A DNA stretch of 57,389 nt, counting the filler, from Sphacelaria rigidula (lineage: Eukaryota), in the NCBI GenBank assembly GCA_964200075.2. It is 6 parts of 6 records of this genome, joined end to end, with 100 filler letters (N's around TTAATTAATTAA, not from the genome) between each part and the next. Parts side by side here need not be neighbours in the genome. Positions count along the whole stretch, not along the records: positions 28,747 to 38,227 come from CAXNAA020008390.1; positions 38,328 to 47,808 come from CAXNAA020008391.1; positions 47,909 to 57,389 come from CAXNAA020008392.1; 3 more parts are not named here. The stretch is one strand, 5' to 3'. The notes beneath the pieces were generated by a model. It was not told the DNA's origin. It searched no databases and was given only the letters and a program-made list of their open reading frames with translations. Positions 36,020 through 48,583 of this stretch are shown piece after piece (positions within the stretch are counted from its first letter, which is position 1; every line of letters begins with the position of its first letter). The position numbers and the translations under genes were made by a program.

Positions 36020-36385
36020 CGCACGGATGGCAACTGGGGTCTGTAACCTGGCCATTTTGGGACCTTATCCACCTTTGGCAAGGTCTGCGGGTTGGGTAGA
36101 CAACTGAAGAGCATTCGCACAGCATGGACAGGATCGAAACAAAACATGTCCCAGTCTATAGGCGGGTGACTCCCCTGTAGACTGGAACATGCTTTGTTCC
36201 AAACCTGTCCATGCTGTGCGAACGCTCTTCAGTTGTCTACCCAACCCGCGGACCTTGCCAAAGACGGATAAGGTCCCAAAATGGCCAGGTTACAGACCCC
36301 AGTGGCCACCCGTGCGAGATTCGAACTCACGTCCCAATCTTCAGGGGGTTTCGAGGTTACCAACTCAGCCACCGGGTCGACCGGC
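36020..36385 (-). ncRNA. tRNA-headed (SINE-like) unit fused to a 143-bp-arm hairpin
   Basis: Minus strand: A-box TGGCTGAGTTGG, T-arm GTGAGTTCGAATCTCGC, 3' end ..GGGTGGCCA; arms 36174-36316 and 36020-36162 with 12 mismatches and an 11-nt loop. The structure is directly visible; expression is not shown. Confidence 0.6.
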
Positions 36386-37739
36386 AGATGAATGCCCATA
36401 CCCCAAATGAACGTTCCTGTCGGACGTGATAACCTATATGGATCTTCCAGGTGGATGAGTATCCCAGATGGACGTCCATCTGAGGTACGGATACCCCATA
36501 AGGATACGCCAGATAAACACCGTAAGACGGCGGACCTTGGCACCCCTCGAGGGTATTGTTTTCTTGGGGACGGGCTGGGTATACTTTCTTGTACCAGCAC
36601 GCATCGATCCCCAAATAGGTTGATTAACAATGAGGCTATGCCCAACACACTATCAGTTCACGCTGTAGGTATACGTGTCCATTGATCAGACAGGAAGCCT
36701 GTTCTCACTTGATTGTAGCTTGACGATTCTCGCTCTTAGCTCTCACCCGTATTCAGCGAACGGCAAGTGGTGATTGAAGCTATGGAATGTCCTAGCGGGA
36801 GAGTGAACAAGGTAGGCGAGGAAACGGTCTGGTCCCATGCCGAGGCTCCATCTATGCCGCTTCTCGGGGCTGGGGGACATTCATCTGATCTGCCTATTAA
36901 TCTAACCGAGAATCTTGAGATTCTCGGTGACTTTTCTTCTTCCGAGAATTCCTTGATCTGCACAAACGACGTGATTTACGGATCTGGGAAGGAGGGGGCT
37001 ATAACCGCCTCTCCACCTCATGACATTAGCCCACCCAGACGAGTCTCTATTACAGTGTTGATGAGTGATCTCAAAAAGCAAAGGAAATTTAGGCCTTTTT
37101 TCACTCGTGAACTCATAAGCGGCAAGAAAGGCTGACCAGGAGGAGGATTGTGTTGAAATACCTGATCCTGATACAAAAAAGAGCACGCCCACCGGTAGGG
37201 CAATGTCTAACCCCTTGCCCGATTTTCCCACACCTCAAACAAGGGAAGCATGAGCTGCTTCGAAAAGCACGATTGCGCATGAATACGCAGGAGCACAACA
37301 TACTGCTGCGAGCTAGCGAACACTAAAGGAAGAGCACAAAATGCTCAACGCGCTACCAAAATAAAGAGGCAAACCGAGGAAGTATCATAGAGGGAGCACA
37401 ACGTCTACGCGGGTGATACAAGGATAATGACATGCGACGAATGCATGTCGGATCAAACCGAAGAAGGTACGTGAATCAGCAATTTAGATATTTAAATGGT
37501 CCAGCGCGAGCCGTAGAAATCAAAAGCGTGGATACAAATATACTTCGGTAGTCGTGGATGACGGTGCTCTAGGCAAGCTGCGTTCTTGGTCCGCTGGTTG
37601 TGTTCCGAATAAGCTCCAGCTGTAGGCTGTTGGAGGAGTTGGTATCTTGAAAAGTTCCTTCCTGAGCGGCAAAGAAGACTCATATTCTGAAGTAATATTG
37701 GGGGTGAACGGTAGACAGCCCTGTCGGAGGCAGAAGGTT

Positions 37740-38227
37740 AAGCGAAAGCTCAAGGCGGTGCGTTGACATCATTTGTGCGGTCTATATTGCCCTGGATTCC
37801 TCGTCGGAGGCCTTTGGACTTAAGTCGTTGAAAGCACCAGGATCCTCTTGGTGCAGATGGACTGGTGGTGTATCACGCTGAGCGGAGCTTGAGCTGCACG
37901 GTCCAGGATCATCGATGAAACGCACGATATATGTGTCGGTCGCTACCGAGCCGGCGGAGTGGGTCTGGCCCAGCCACCAGAGATTGTCGCTGCCCTCGTA
38001 CCACAGATGGGAACCGTTAGGGAGGACGCCCTGTTTTGCGCGGATCTTTTTCTCCCAACGTTTGTTGGGTACCAATTAATAACCATCAGCGACAAAGCGT
38101 AACCCATTGTCACGATGGAGTTCGCGGACTGCAGCGCCGCGGCGCATATTGTGGTGTCTCTTGTTGCCAGCAAGATGTTGCTGTCGGGGTTGCGTCCAGT
38201 ATAGGAGGATAGCACGGCGGTGCAACT
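37740..38227 (-). mobile_element. Gypsy pol C-terminal fragment at contig end
   Basis: LHRRAILLYW...RGAAVRELHRDNGLRF...HLWYEGSDNLWWLGQ is homologous to 34830-35150 (+). Confidence 0.75.
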
Positions 38228-38327
38228 NNNNNNNNNNNNNNNNNNNNNNNNNNNNNNNNNNNNNNNNNNNNTTAATTAATTAANNNNNNNNNNNNNNNNN
38301 NNNNNNNNNNNNNNNNNNNNNNNNNNN
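38228..38327. other. Artificial contig spacer
   Basis: 44 N + TTAATTAATTAA + 44 N. Confidence 0.98.
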
Positions 38328-38365
38328 AGACTACTGACCAGTCAGCGCTGACTGGTCAGTAGTCT
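38328..38365. repeat. Perfect 38-bp palindrome at contig start
   Basis: AGACTACTGACCAGTCAGC|GCTGACTGGTCAGTAGTCT. Confidence 0.95.
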
Positions 38366-39302
38366 GGTTGGTTGTCTCTTAAACTGTCACAGCTTCTAGG
38401 CTGGTCCAGCTCGTATGATAATTAGTCAATTAACGAATCAATTAATGTTTGTTTGAGAACGGTTTGGACTGTTGTTTTCGACAAAGGGGAAGACATCTGA
38501 CGTGGTCACGTTTTTCGGAGGTGTATATTATATGTACCAATATCTCGATTTATATCATACCCTGTGTCTCGCCTCTACAGGCGATTTCCAGAACAACGTG
38601 ACTAGAATGGTGTGTGACACATGGCACATTATATACCTGCCTATCTATATCAGGTGATACATTGTGAAATATCTCGCTGTATCAGGTAGGTGATACATCT
38701 AAGATATCGGCTTATATCGGTAAAATATGTGATTTAGTACCCGACATGACGCCTGACTCCCACGAACAAGAGGACGTACAAGCGCACGAACCCGCTTGCG
38801 GGGTAAATGTTGGGTCAGGTTTTCTCCAACCTTCAAGGGAAAAAAAGGAGGGGGGGAGGGGGGAGTGACCCACAAGGGGTCTGTGTCTGGTGTTTGTTAT
38901 CGTACGGTTTTGACCCGCAATGAGCGAGACCCATGCGCCTTGGGCCGCGGTTACAGGTGACCCTCAGCAGCAGTCACTTTTTGACGACGCCTAGCGCCGA
39001 TACCGGCCCCAAGCCGTCTTCAACCACGGCCGACACCGACGCTTACAGATCACCTCCAGGAAACGGGAGCCGGCCAAATGCAATCAACCTCATCGGTGAT
39101 AACAGTGACGCCGTCCTCGACACCACGGATACCGATACTGCCCATGTCGATGGAAGCCTGTAGTACCCCGACTCGAGAGGCCAGTCCTTGTACTACTGGC
39201 GTTTCTGTTAGAGAAGGCTATTCAACATGAAGAAATAATACCAATGAACGATAATACATACCTGGCACCTGGTTCTCCATGTACCGACAGTAAGTACAAC
39301 AT

Positions 39303-40032
39303 ACAGAGGATAATGGAAAATGAGATTCAATTTTCAAATGAGGCTGAATCCACCTTCCGCAAATTCACATTTACCCCGGATAAGTTTTGCCAAGAGAACT
39401 ACCTGAGGGTTTTATTCGTCTGTTGAAGCGTCCCCCATCTTACCTTGTCGCGCATTTTCGCTCCGGCATCTAAAGCCATATGTGTCTCCTTTCGTTCATT
39501 CGAAACGGCGCTCACCAGGTGAGAGGAGGAGCTTTCGTCGGCTTCCCCTGGGTGCCATCAAAGATTATTGTTTTCAAGTTTTTCGAACGTCTCTCGAAAT
39601 GATGAAAGAAGGAATGCTTACTCTGATGATGAGAAGTGAAGTGCCGCCGTTGGTGTTTCGGGAAACAATTCCGTTGCTGTACACGTTTTACAGATGTAAA
39701 ATGGAAATTTTCATAGAAGAAATCCCTGCCATTTGCGAATTTCCCTAGCGCTTGAAAAAACTCTGGCATTATTTTCCTCGAAGATGAGGGAATCCGATGA
39801 AAGCGGGTTCCCTCACCTGGTGAGAGCCGTTTCGAATGTACGAATGGAGATACGTACGGCTTTAGACACAGGAGCAATAATGCGCGACAAGGCAAGCTCG
39901 GGAAAATTTCAACAGGCGAATACAATCTCCAGTTCGTTGTTTTTGCAAAACTGTTGCTGGGAAAATGTTAATTTTCGGAAGGTGGGTTGAGCCTCATTCG
40001 GAAATTCAACCCCACTTCCGAGGATCCTTTGT
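39303..40032. mobile_element. Foldback element with ~250-bp diverged TIRs
   Basis: AATGAGGCTGAATCCACCTTCCG...TTCGAAACGGCGCTCACCAGGTGAG pairs with CTCACCTGGTGAGAGCCGTTTCGAA...CGGAAGGTGGGTTGAGCCTCATT. Confidence 0.85.
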
Positions 40033-40129
40033 TATTAGTCGCCACAACCATGGATCCACCGGGCGATCAATCAACATACTTCTTCTGGACGCTTGTCCCT
40101 ATTCCCGCATCACGTTTTGTTGTCGATAA

Positions 40130-40323
40130 TGCCGTGTCTTAGCACATAAGTTTTCGATCGAAAAAATTGCGGTGGGAAACAAAAATCCTGATCTGATGGG
40201 ACGTGATTTCAACCATCTTCAGAGTTATAACGACGATGGTAGAAATCACGACCTATCAGATCGGGGTTTTTGTTTTCCACCGCACAATTTCGATCGAAAA
40301 CTAGTGTATGCTACGACACGCCC
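40130..40323. mobile_element. Hairpin MITE, Tourist/PIF-Harbinger-like
   Basis: Almost fully palindromic ~90-bp arms, flanked by TAA (40127-40129 and 40324-40326). Confidence 0.85.
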
Positions 40324-41650
40324 TAAGACATGGCCTGGTGAATCGTGAAAGTTTTCGTCCAGATCCCCGGAGATCCCATTCAATGTTACTGTACATGAGG
40401 CCTAGTTTTCGGTCAAGCGATCTCTGACCGAAAATAATCAGGTCGTCCAGAACACTTTCGTGGCCCACATCGCCGCCCATAAACATTGGACGAGGGTCGG
40501 GAAGCGACGTCCAAGCGACCCCTAAGTGACCCGCGGCAACGGCAGAATCTATCATTCCTGCGTACCCCGTCTAGCTACGACTGGCACCAGCGTGATTGGG
40601 GGCACAAGCCGCCACTATCTACTATCTGTACACAAACTGAGCCAACATGGATGCCGGTGGCACATCCATCCGCGTTAGGCGCATTCTGATATACTTCAGT
40701 ACGTTACGTACTGTAGGCTCGTCTTCGGCACGATATAGTACACCACCCCCCAAGACACGTCAGCGCTGCCCCCACATCATGCTGGAAGTCACGGCATATA
40801 TATATATATATATATGGAGGGGTGTGCTGTACTGTATGCTGCGGTGTGGTTCTTCGGCGTGCTCTATATGGCTGTGGTGTTGTCGTACTGCCACACTGAG
40901 GCGGAATGTGGTGAGCCACACGGACTGCGCGCTAAATGTTGAAATTGTGTTTACTTTTGACTATATCCATCATTCTCAGCAATCATGACTGGCTACGAGC
41001 TGAGCCAGCGAAGAGCTCCTATCGGCGGTTGGACAGCTATGCGCAGCTTAATTCTAGGAGAACACTTTTTATTAGTCAAATGTGCACTGGTACGAATCTG
41101 GGAATTTCAGCTTGTCTGCGAACAATTTCCTCCCGTGGATTGAGTTCTCGGACCCCGTCCGTTCGGCAATGTTTCTCGGCTAGCTTTGAGAAACCAAATC
41201 AATTCTTCGATTCTCTGGATGTTAACTTTTTGTTCTGTGACTTTTCTGCTCAAATCAACAACTCCCGAATGTGCGTGCACAAGATGAAGCCTCGCCACAG
41301 GCCCTGCTAACTGATCAAACCCCCTTGTGAATATCCACAGATCGGCCGACGTTTTAGCAGCCAAGAAGGAGAATTTTCGCGAACTCGTCACCGAAACAGT
41401 ACCGCCGCCACGCGTGCGAGAGAACAAAACGCACAACAGTTTCGGTATCCTGGGTTGCATTGAAAAGGAAGCACAAAGGCCGGGGGCATCGCTCACAACA
41501 TACCATCCGCTGTTGTTCGCAGGTGTCGGCTCAACGAGAAGCGGAATCACCCGTCAAAAAGACGCTTAATCGGAAACCGGCAGGGCTCCCGTCCAGGCGT
41601 CGTGATCTACTACTCCTGGAGTACTGTGTCCTGAGTCACCATCGGGAGGC

Positions 41651-44600
41651 ATGAAATGGTGCGTCGGCGGCAGTATATCCTCCTGTGTCAGCATTCTAGC
41701 CCTAACTGCGGCGATTTCCAGCGGCGCGAGTGAACCTTACGCCGAACAACATGTGAAAAATTCTGCTGCCGCTTCTGAACGGGCGTTCCTGGATGTTGAG
41801 GGAGACGACGGTGAGTGTACTGCGGCACACGTTGCGTAGAAGTGAAAAACGGCAGAGAGAAAATGTTCTGGGGCCTGCTGGGTGTATCCTGGGTACTACA
41901 TTAGTCTGAAAAATATTCTTGTGATGATACTCGACTCTAGCTCCTCGTAGGGATCGTCCACGGGAACTTGGCGCTGTAGAAGTCGGTCGGCTGACGGACT
42001 CCACTGACGTAGCGAGAGCTGCGCGTTGTAACGTGGACGAACAAAAGAAGCATACATCATCGGTGCAGGCGAAGGAAACGCGAGTGTAACGACAATCTTT
42101 CTTTTCTTCTTACTCTGACAGACTGCGTGCGATGGCAACATGTGTGGCATTCACTAAGGGCTGCTGCAGTCGTTTCTTACAGCGGTAGTGCCCTATTTAC
42201 CAAAGATGGTAGCATACTTGTAGCCGAATTCATGCATTATGCCTTCACAACGGGACCCCAGTACTAGACTAATGTAGTACTTCCCAGCAGAATCAGTGGA
42301 TTGTCGCCATTTTTTTCTAGTTGCCGACTTTCAATTATTTGTTTTTTCGTGTACCACCGCTCATCTCAGTGAACGCTTTATCCCAAAGTTTGGGGATTGG
42401 GAGATGCTAGGCATCTGCTCCACATTCCGAAACAGTCGAGCACATCTGCTCTCAATATTGAACGACTTACGGGCTGACCGGTCCCGATCGCTCTCGTGAA
42501 TAAATTTACCGGCCCTTATTTTTTATTTTCACCTATGGGCTGGTTCACGCATATCACCCAAAAAACACTCGTCGGCAAAACTTGCACGCCGTTTGAAGGA
42601 GTTAGACCCTTAAATTTTGCACAAATGTGCTATGGATCATTACGCAACTTTTGAACGTGTATTCTTGTTTCTACTTTTTGACTTCTTTTACCGTTTTTCG
42701 GAGTCCCAGTTTTTTGGGGAAACTCTGATCCAGTCGGATCCCTGTGAAACGGTAATGAAATAAAAAACCAAAAACCTTGTGCATCCAAACTTGCTGAATG
42801 ACTCATAGCACATTTGTGTAAATTTTCATGGCCCAACTCTAAAAAATAGCGTGAAGGTTCTCGCGTTTGTGCGATGAACTTTGCCGTGCCACGGTAAAAC
42901 CGCAAACTACTTGATTTTAGGATGAAAATGGCGTTTTTGGGCCTTTGTCGCGAAGATGAAAATTCAAGCATCAGCTGGTCGATTTTGGCCACGAAACGTT
43001 TTTGGACCCTTTACAGGGTGATTTGGCGACAGCTCGTTTGCAAAAAAATGAAGGAGAAAACATTCGACGTGCCGGTTTTCCGGGGTCTCAGAATGGAGAC
43101 TACAGTACCTCGAAAAACGACTTAGATTCCGTCGGACCCCCGAAAAAGGATAAAAAAAGTCAAGAAGTGAAAAAACATCGGGCATCGAAATTTTCATAAT
43201 GATTCATAGCACATTTATGCAATTTTTCAGGGTCTAACTCCTCATAGCTGCGTGAAGGTTTGCACGTTTGTGCGAGGACGTGAGCTTGAAATGTGCAACT
43301 CCTACCTACTTGGTTTTATTATGAAAACGTCTTTCTTGGGTAAGTTTACGTCAAGGCAGAAAAAACTGTACAGTATGAGGTTTTCGAGTTTCTCGACCAA
43401 AATTTGTTCATGTGTTTCTTGGACTGTTCCGGGACGCGTCATACATATCATTACTTTTCATTTGGCGCATTATTATGTATCGCCTTCCGAGGGGCTTTAT
43501 ACTGAGACCCCCGGAAGCCGGTAGAGGACGGAGAAACTTTGAAATCTTGTCAAGGATGTAATTTTTCTGTTTGGAGCATCAATACCTATGGAACTGCCAA
43601 GTTTGAGGGTGATCTGAGCTTCTTTACGGCATATAAGGGAACCGTCACGAGGCTCCCTGGGTCTTAGTGCGTATGATTGCTGGAAGTTAGACGACGCCGA
43701 AACTCCACATCACCGAAGAATCACGATTTCGGGTATAATTTGACCCCGTTGTAACCGTTTTTCCCGAGTTGAAGGCGGTTACCACGATATGAAGCATGTG
43801 GAGATTGGGTGCAAATTGGGCTTGGGATTCGTGTTTTCAATTTCAGAACAATTTGAAGGGCGCTGGTTGGTCGAAGTACATTTTCGCCCTTAGCGCTACC
43901 AGTATGGCCTTAAACACAAATCTGGCTATGTCACGCTTTTCAGCTGTCTATGACGGTCAGTATAATATCACGTACGCGACTATTGGGTAGGTACTGCGAA
44001 AGACATTTGCTGATGACACAATTTTGGGTGATATACTTGAACCAGTCTGTATTCATTACGCTTGAGCCGAAAAAAAACGTATTTTGGAACAAAAGCGGTC
44101 AGTATCACTCCCTATCGGTTCAGTCCATAAGTCATTCAACTTTGAGCGCAAACATGTTTGTTCTTTCGGAATGTGGAGCGGACGCCTAGTATCTCGCGAT
44201 GCCCAAACTTCGGGATCGAACGTTCACGAGGATGTGTGGGTGGTGGCACACGAAAAAACTAGTGAAAATTGCCAACTACGAAAAAATTAGACAGATTCCC
44301 TGATTCAGCAGGAAACTTCTGTACTACCGCGGTTATATTGTGGCGCTGCCTTGATTAATTGGGTTTTTATTGATTGTTGTATATTGATCCCAGAGAGACC
44401 GAACTGCGGTCATTGTCCACAAGATCGACATACCCGAAATAGACAAACACGGGAACGATTGTACCACGGCATTGCAGCCAAGAGGACTTGAAACCGCTAA
44501 CAAAAAGACAGCTGGGCCCTTGCGAATGAAGACATCCCGAGTTTTCGGCGCAGAGTGAACCATACGCCCTGACGCTTTTTGTCTGAGCGATCTTGCCCGA

Positions 44601-45346
44601 TGAAGTTTGTCGTGAACACTACGGGCGATCTGTGTTCTTTGCCGTGCGATTCCCATATCCAGTAGTCCAGGCTACTTGTTCAATACCATCATGGTTTGCA
44701 TGTCTCTTCACCGAAGAGCATGTAATAGCGGGTACATTGACGGTCGCGGCTCTGTACACGCCACCTCGGTCGACGTTGTAATGTCTCCAATGATCGTAAG
44801 CTTGAGTCGCCTCCTCTCCGTTCTACGCGCGGCGTCGTTTACTCTTGTTGCTCGTCACTTTTCTTTTCGCATGCTACCACTCGATCTATCGCTCCAGACC
44901 TGTGTGTGTCCACTCGCTTTTTTTAATTATTTTAATTTACCCATCCGTCAGCGTTCGTTTTTTGTTCGTTCCTTCTGTCCCGTTGGTCTTTGCGATGCTC
45001 GTGACTTATCGCTGCTGACCTGTATCCTCTCGATTTTTTACGTCTGGAATTTACTGTAAACAGCTCTTATCTACTTGTTCGTTTTTTTTTTTTGCTTATT
45101 AGTACGTTATGCGATGTTCGTGTTTCATTTATTCGTGTTCATGCCTTCCGTGTATGTTTGCTTTGCCTCCAATTGAGTAAGTAGGGCCTGTGGAGTCGAC
45201 GAGACCATCGGTATCTCTCGCGGAAGACAACTTTTTCATGCCTGACTCTTGTCCCTTCGTTGTGAGCGGGCACGAGGAGGCGAGGGCGATAGAAATGAAC
45301 ACACCGGTGGAGGAGAATGTCATTAATCTTCGATATTATGATAAAG
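41651..45346 (+). CDS. 5' part of a spliced gene for a signal-peptide protein; exons 41651-41810 and 45185-45346
   Basis: MKWCVGGSISSCVSILALTAAISSGASEP...VEGDD G|GTGAGT (phase 1) joins in frame to TAG|GGCCT (GPVESTRPS...NVINLRYYDK G|GTGAGC). Remainder not found before the contig end. Confidence 0.7.
42536..44049. mobile_element. Non-autonomous Tc1/mariner-like element in an intron
   Basis: TA|TGGGCTGGTTCACGCATATCACCCAAAA ... TTTTGGGTGATATACTTGAACCAGTCTG|TA; internal CATAGCACATTT..AATTTT...C(C/T)AACTC motifs in direct and inverted orientation; homolog at 9583-10301. Confidence 0.7.
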
Positions 45347-45989
45347 GTGAGCTCCGCATCGTAGGCTACAGAGTACATCATCCGTACGTTGTATATCACC
45401 GGCGAGCTGGAAGACGAACGCTGTGGGCTGACACGTTGATGCTACACACGGTCCTAAGCAGGACAAAATCTAGCAGAATCGCACAACCTTGACTTGAGGA
45501 GGGGGCAAGGGAGCGGGCGAGAAAATACACATGGACTACTCGTAGTTCTACACGGGGTCCGGTGTCGCAAGTATTATTTTCATCTGTATGAGACATGGTA
45601 TACCCCCCCTCCCTCCCCTCACCTCTAGACTCTTGGGTTGGCGTCGAGTGGCAACGGCGCTGTAAAACAAGCCACCAGAACCTAGACATGAAATGTACAG
45701 ACTGTAACTATACCTATACCATAGACCACCACTAGACAACAAGAAGGTCCCGGACCGACAGACACAAGAGACATGCAAAAACCTAAACAACCAATTTTGT
45801 GTCCCCCCAGAAACACACAAGATGGATATAGACATGATATGACAAAGCTGGCCTTTTATTTTCAACTCGTTCCTTTTCGTTATTGTCTGTGTTTCTGCCC
45901 TTCCTTTTTCATTTTTTTTCTTTCTTTTTCTCCTTCTCTACGTGTTTTCCCTTTTTCTGCTGTTTGTTGTTGTTGGTTTTCTCCGCTAC

Positions 45990-46335
45990 CATAACACATC
46001 TCAGACACAGACATGACATGAAGACGCTAACCTTACTTTTTCTCTAACCTACCATAAGACAGCCCGGACATAGACATGAGATGAAAAAGCTAACCCTACT
46101 TTTTCTTCAATCTAACATAACACAGCACGGACATGGACATGAAATAAATTAGCGAACCCTGCTTTTTCTTTAACCCACCATGACACAGCCCGGACGTAGA
46201 TGTGGAATAAAGAAGCTAACCATCCTTTTTCTTTAACTTCCCACAACACAGCCCGGACATGGACATGAAATAGAGAAGCTAACCCTGCTATTTCTTCAAC
46301 CTCCCGTAACACATCACGGATATAGACGTGAAACA
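45990..46335. repeat. Minisatellite, ~62-63-bp unit, about 5.5 copies
   Basis: Recurrent ACACAGCCCGGACAT(A/G)GACATGAAATA...AGCTAACCCT.CTTTTTCTT.AACC. Confidence 0.9.
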
Positions 46336-46899
46336 GCGGGAAGGAACGTATTTACTTCTCCATACCTGGAAGAAACGTATTTCCTTCTCCATATCAAGAC
46401 GGGAAATAACCGAGATTCTTCCCCCCATAACATAACAAAGGTAAGTCAAAAATAAAAATAAAACCTAGACATGTTAGTAATAACGTGAAGGTTGACCACC
46501 TCACATGCAGATCGAGAATGCAAAATACGCAACAGGTACGGATAGGGTAGGGTCATCATCTTCTCCATGTTAAATTCACGTGGAGGTTGGGGTCTCGTGA
46601 TGAGATACCCGTAGAACCTTACCGTTTTTCAGGTGCGGTGGAAATCTGGTCAGCCATTTTCCTGAGATTTCCGACATGAGGTGCAAAAGGTGTCTATTGT
46701 AGGGAAGGGGTGGATAATGCATGGCATAAATGTCAAGACCCACTGCACTCATGAAACAAACACCTTATCAATGACCGACCACATAACCGACGAGAATGAG
46801 CACCAAGCGGTGCGTAGACATCTTGATATCTCGAGGGATACAAGCTAGTGCAAAGTGTGGGGGAATCCTTGGCCAAGCTTTCGACAGCAAAGGTCTGCT

Positions 46900-47591
46900 G
46901 GGGAGCATTAGTGGAGTAGCGACCCATCGTAAACCGTACACGGAGTGAAAGAAAGTGAGGATGTACCGTACATCCCGATGTGTGAGTAAAACCTTGTGTT
47001 ATGCAAGCCGTGCGTGAACCTTACACGGTGAAAATGACCTCCCTGGAGGAAAGTAACGATTACAGCAGTGCGGTGAGAAGATAGGAGGTATAATCGTGGG
47101 ATGCCTGGATGGTTTACCATGAAGATCGCACAAACGTGGGGTACTTGTGTCAAGAGTCTTGAATTTGGCTTCAGGCTACGAGCCCGTGTTGGACGCATTT
47201 TTCAGCGTCGGTGAGACAGCAAAATAACTGAAAGACACCAGACCCGCGACAAGTACTAGGATTGGGACATCCCAGTACCTTGACTATATCCTGGGGATAC
47301 ACTCGGAACGATTAAGCTGGAGATACTCTCGGAATAGATCGAGAGAGAGCGACGGTAAGGAAGGGCGGATGGAAAAGTAAAGGGTGGACGGGTAAAGTAC
47401 TAGAAGTGCTGGCATTCCGAGTCCGTAGCGATGTGATGAGAATAAAAGCGTCAAGTACCGATCCTACCGAGAATGTCCCTCCCCTGGCTAGTAGAGGTCG
47501 ATGTCTACCTTGACGTAGGCTCGATCCCTTGTGATAGTTTCCAGATTGACGTAGGTTTGTTCCGTCCTTTTGCCGTGCAGAGCTTATCACA
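46900..47591 (-). mobile_element. Possible 5' LTR (47591-47245), PBS-like TGG motif and decayed gag start
   Basis: Minus strand starts TGTGATAAG and ends with imperfect inverse CTTGTCGCG, followed by TGGTGTCTTTCAG and an ATG ORF MRPTRARS. Confidence 0.4.
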
Positions 47592-47737
47592 GTATGTTTT
47601 TTTCCCCCACTGGGTCAAGCAGTTACTCTGGTAGGCGTCCGGCTTTCAGGAAGACGAAATATGAATTCGCTCGCTCCCCTCTCTCCATCGGACGAGCATG
47701 AAGAACGACAGATAGGCACAGTACGAGAGAAGTCTAA

Positions 47738-47808
47738 ATAACAGCCGATTTTCGAAAATGGGGTTGAAAAAAATAATGAGGTTCAACTCAAAAGCCGTGC
47801 TTTCCCTG
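47738..47808. mobile_element. Terminus of the 7819-8234 MITE family at contig end
   Basis: AAATGGGGTTGAAAAAAATAATGAGGTTCAACTCAAAAGCCGTGCTTTCCCTG. Confidence 0.85.
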
Positions 47809-47908
47809 NNNNNNNNNNNNNNNNNNNNNNNNNNNNNNNNNNNNNNNNNNNNTTAATTAATTAANNNNNNNNNNNNNNNNNNNNNNNNNNNNNNNNNNNN
47901 NNNNNNNN
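47809..47908. other. Artificial contig spacer
   Basis: 44 N + TTAATTAATTAA + 44 N. Confidence 0.98.
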
Positions 47909-47998
47909 ACAACCGTTGCTGCTTTCAACGACGATCTGGCTCAAAATTTCGAGCAACAAATTGCCCAAAATACCCCCCCCCTATCGTTGGATGACTCC
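47909..47998 (-). mobile_element. Partial MITE (same family as 98-340 and 51841-52092)
   Basis: ACAACCGTTGCTGCTTTCAACGACGAT...CCCCCTATCGTTGGATGACTCC followed by TAA. Confidence 0.75.
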
Positions 47999-48583
47999 TA
48001 AACACCTTATCTAAAACTTGTTGGAGCTGGGCCCTTGAGTGACGGTTTTCACGTCGTTGTACACCCATGCCCATTGCCCTACTCTCCACACCGGATGGTT
48101 GTTTACCGCATCATCCAAGACAGTGTTTGCCCTGGCTGCTTTTACCGTATTGATTCGATTGTGCTCGTGTACCACCCCATATGCAAGACGAAGACGATTA
48201 CTAACAGAAATATGGTACTCCGCAATATCTCGATCCAAACCTTGATGGCTTCCGGTAGATTTCCGGTCGAAGATCGTCAGTGACGACCTGGGCATACGAT
48301 CGATATGAACTTCATTGGGACTCAACCCCGTGGCGGCATTGACTGAATTGTTGTAGTTCATCTGAACAAGGGGCAAATGCAAGTCCCAGTCCGTGTGTCG
48401 TTCGTTGGTCACCGTTGCAAGCATTTGAGCCATCGTATGATTCACTCGTTCAGTCCCACCGTTAGTGGACAGCCGGTATGAACTGGTAAAAATGTGATGG
48501 GCACCCAGGAGGTTACATATCGCGGCAGAAAGTCTGCCGGCGAAACGCGGGCCGTTATTAGACAACAATCGTTCGGGTACACC

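Noticed and set aside
45990..46335. CRISPR-like array
   Set aside because: Whole units are similar with no unique spacers; no cas genes; eukaryotic context.
47245..47591. 3' LTR of the Gypsy element at 48011-56850
   Set aside because: It lies on a different contig, across an artificial spacer.
9483..47908. Regular ~9.58-kb periodicity of TTAATTAATTAA as a biological repeat
   Set aside because: It is always embedded in 44+44 N; an assembly linker.
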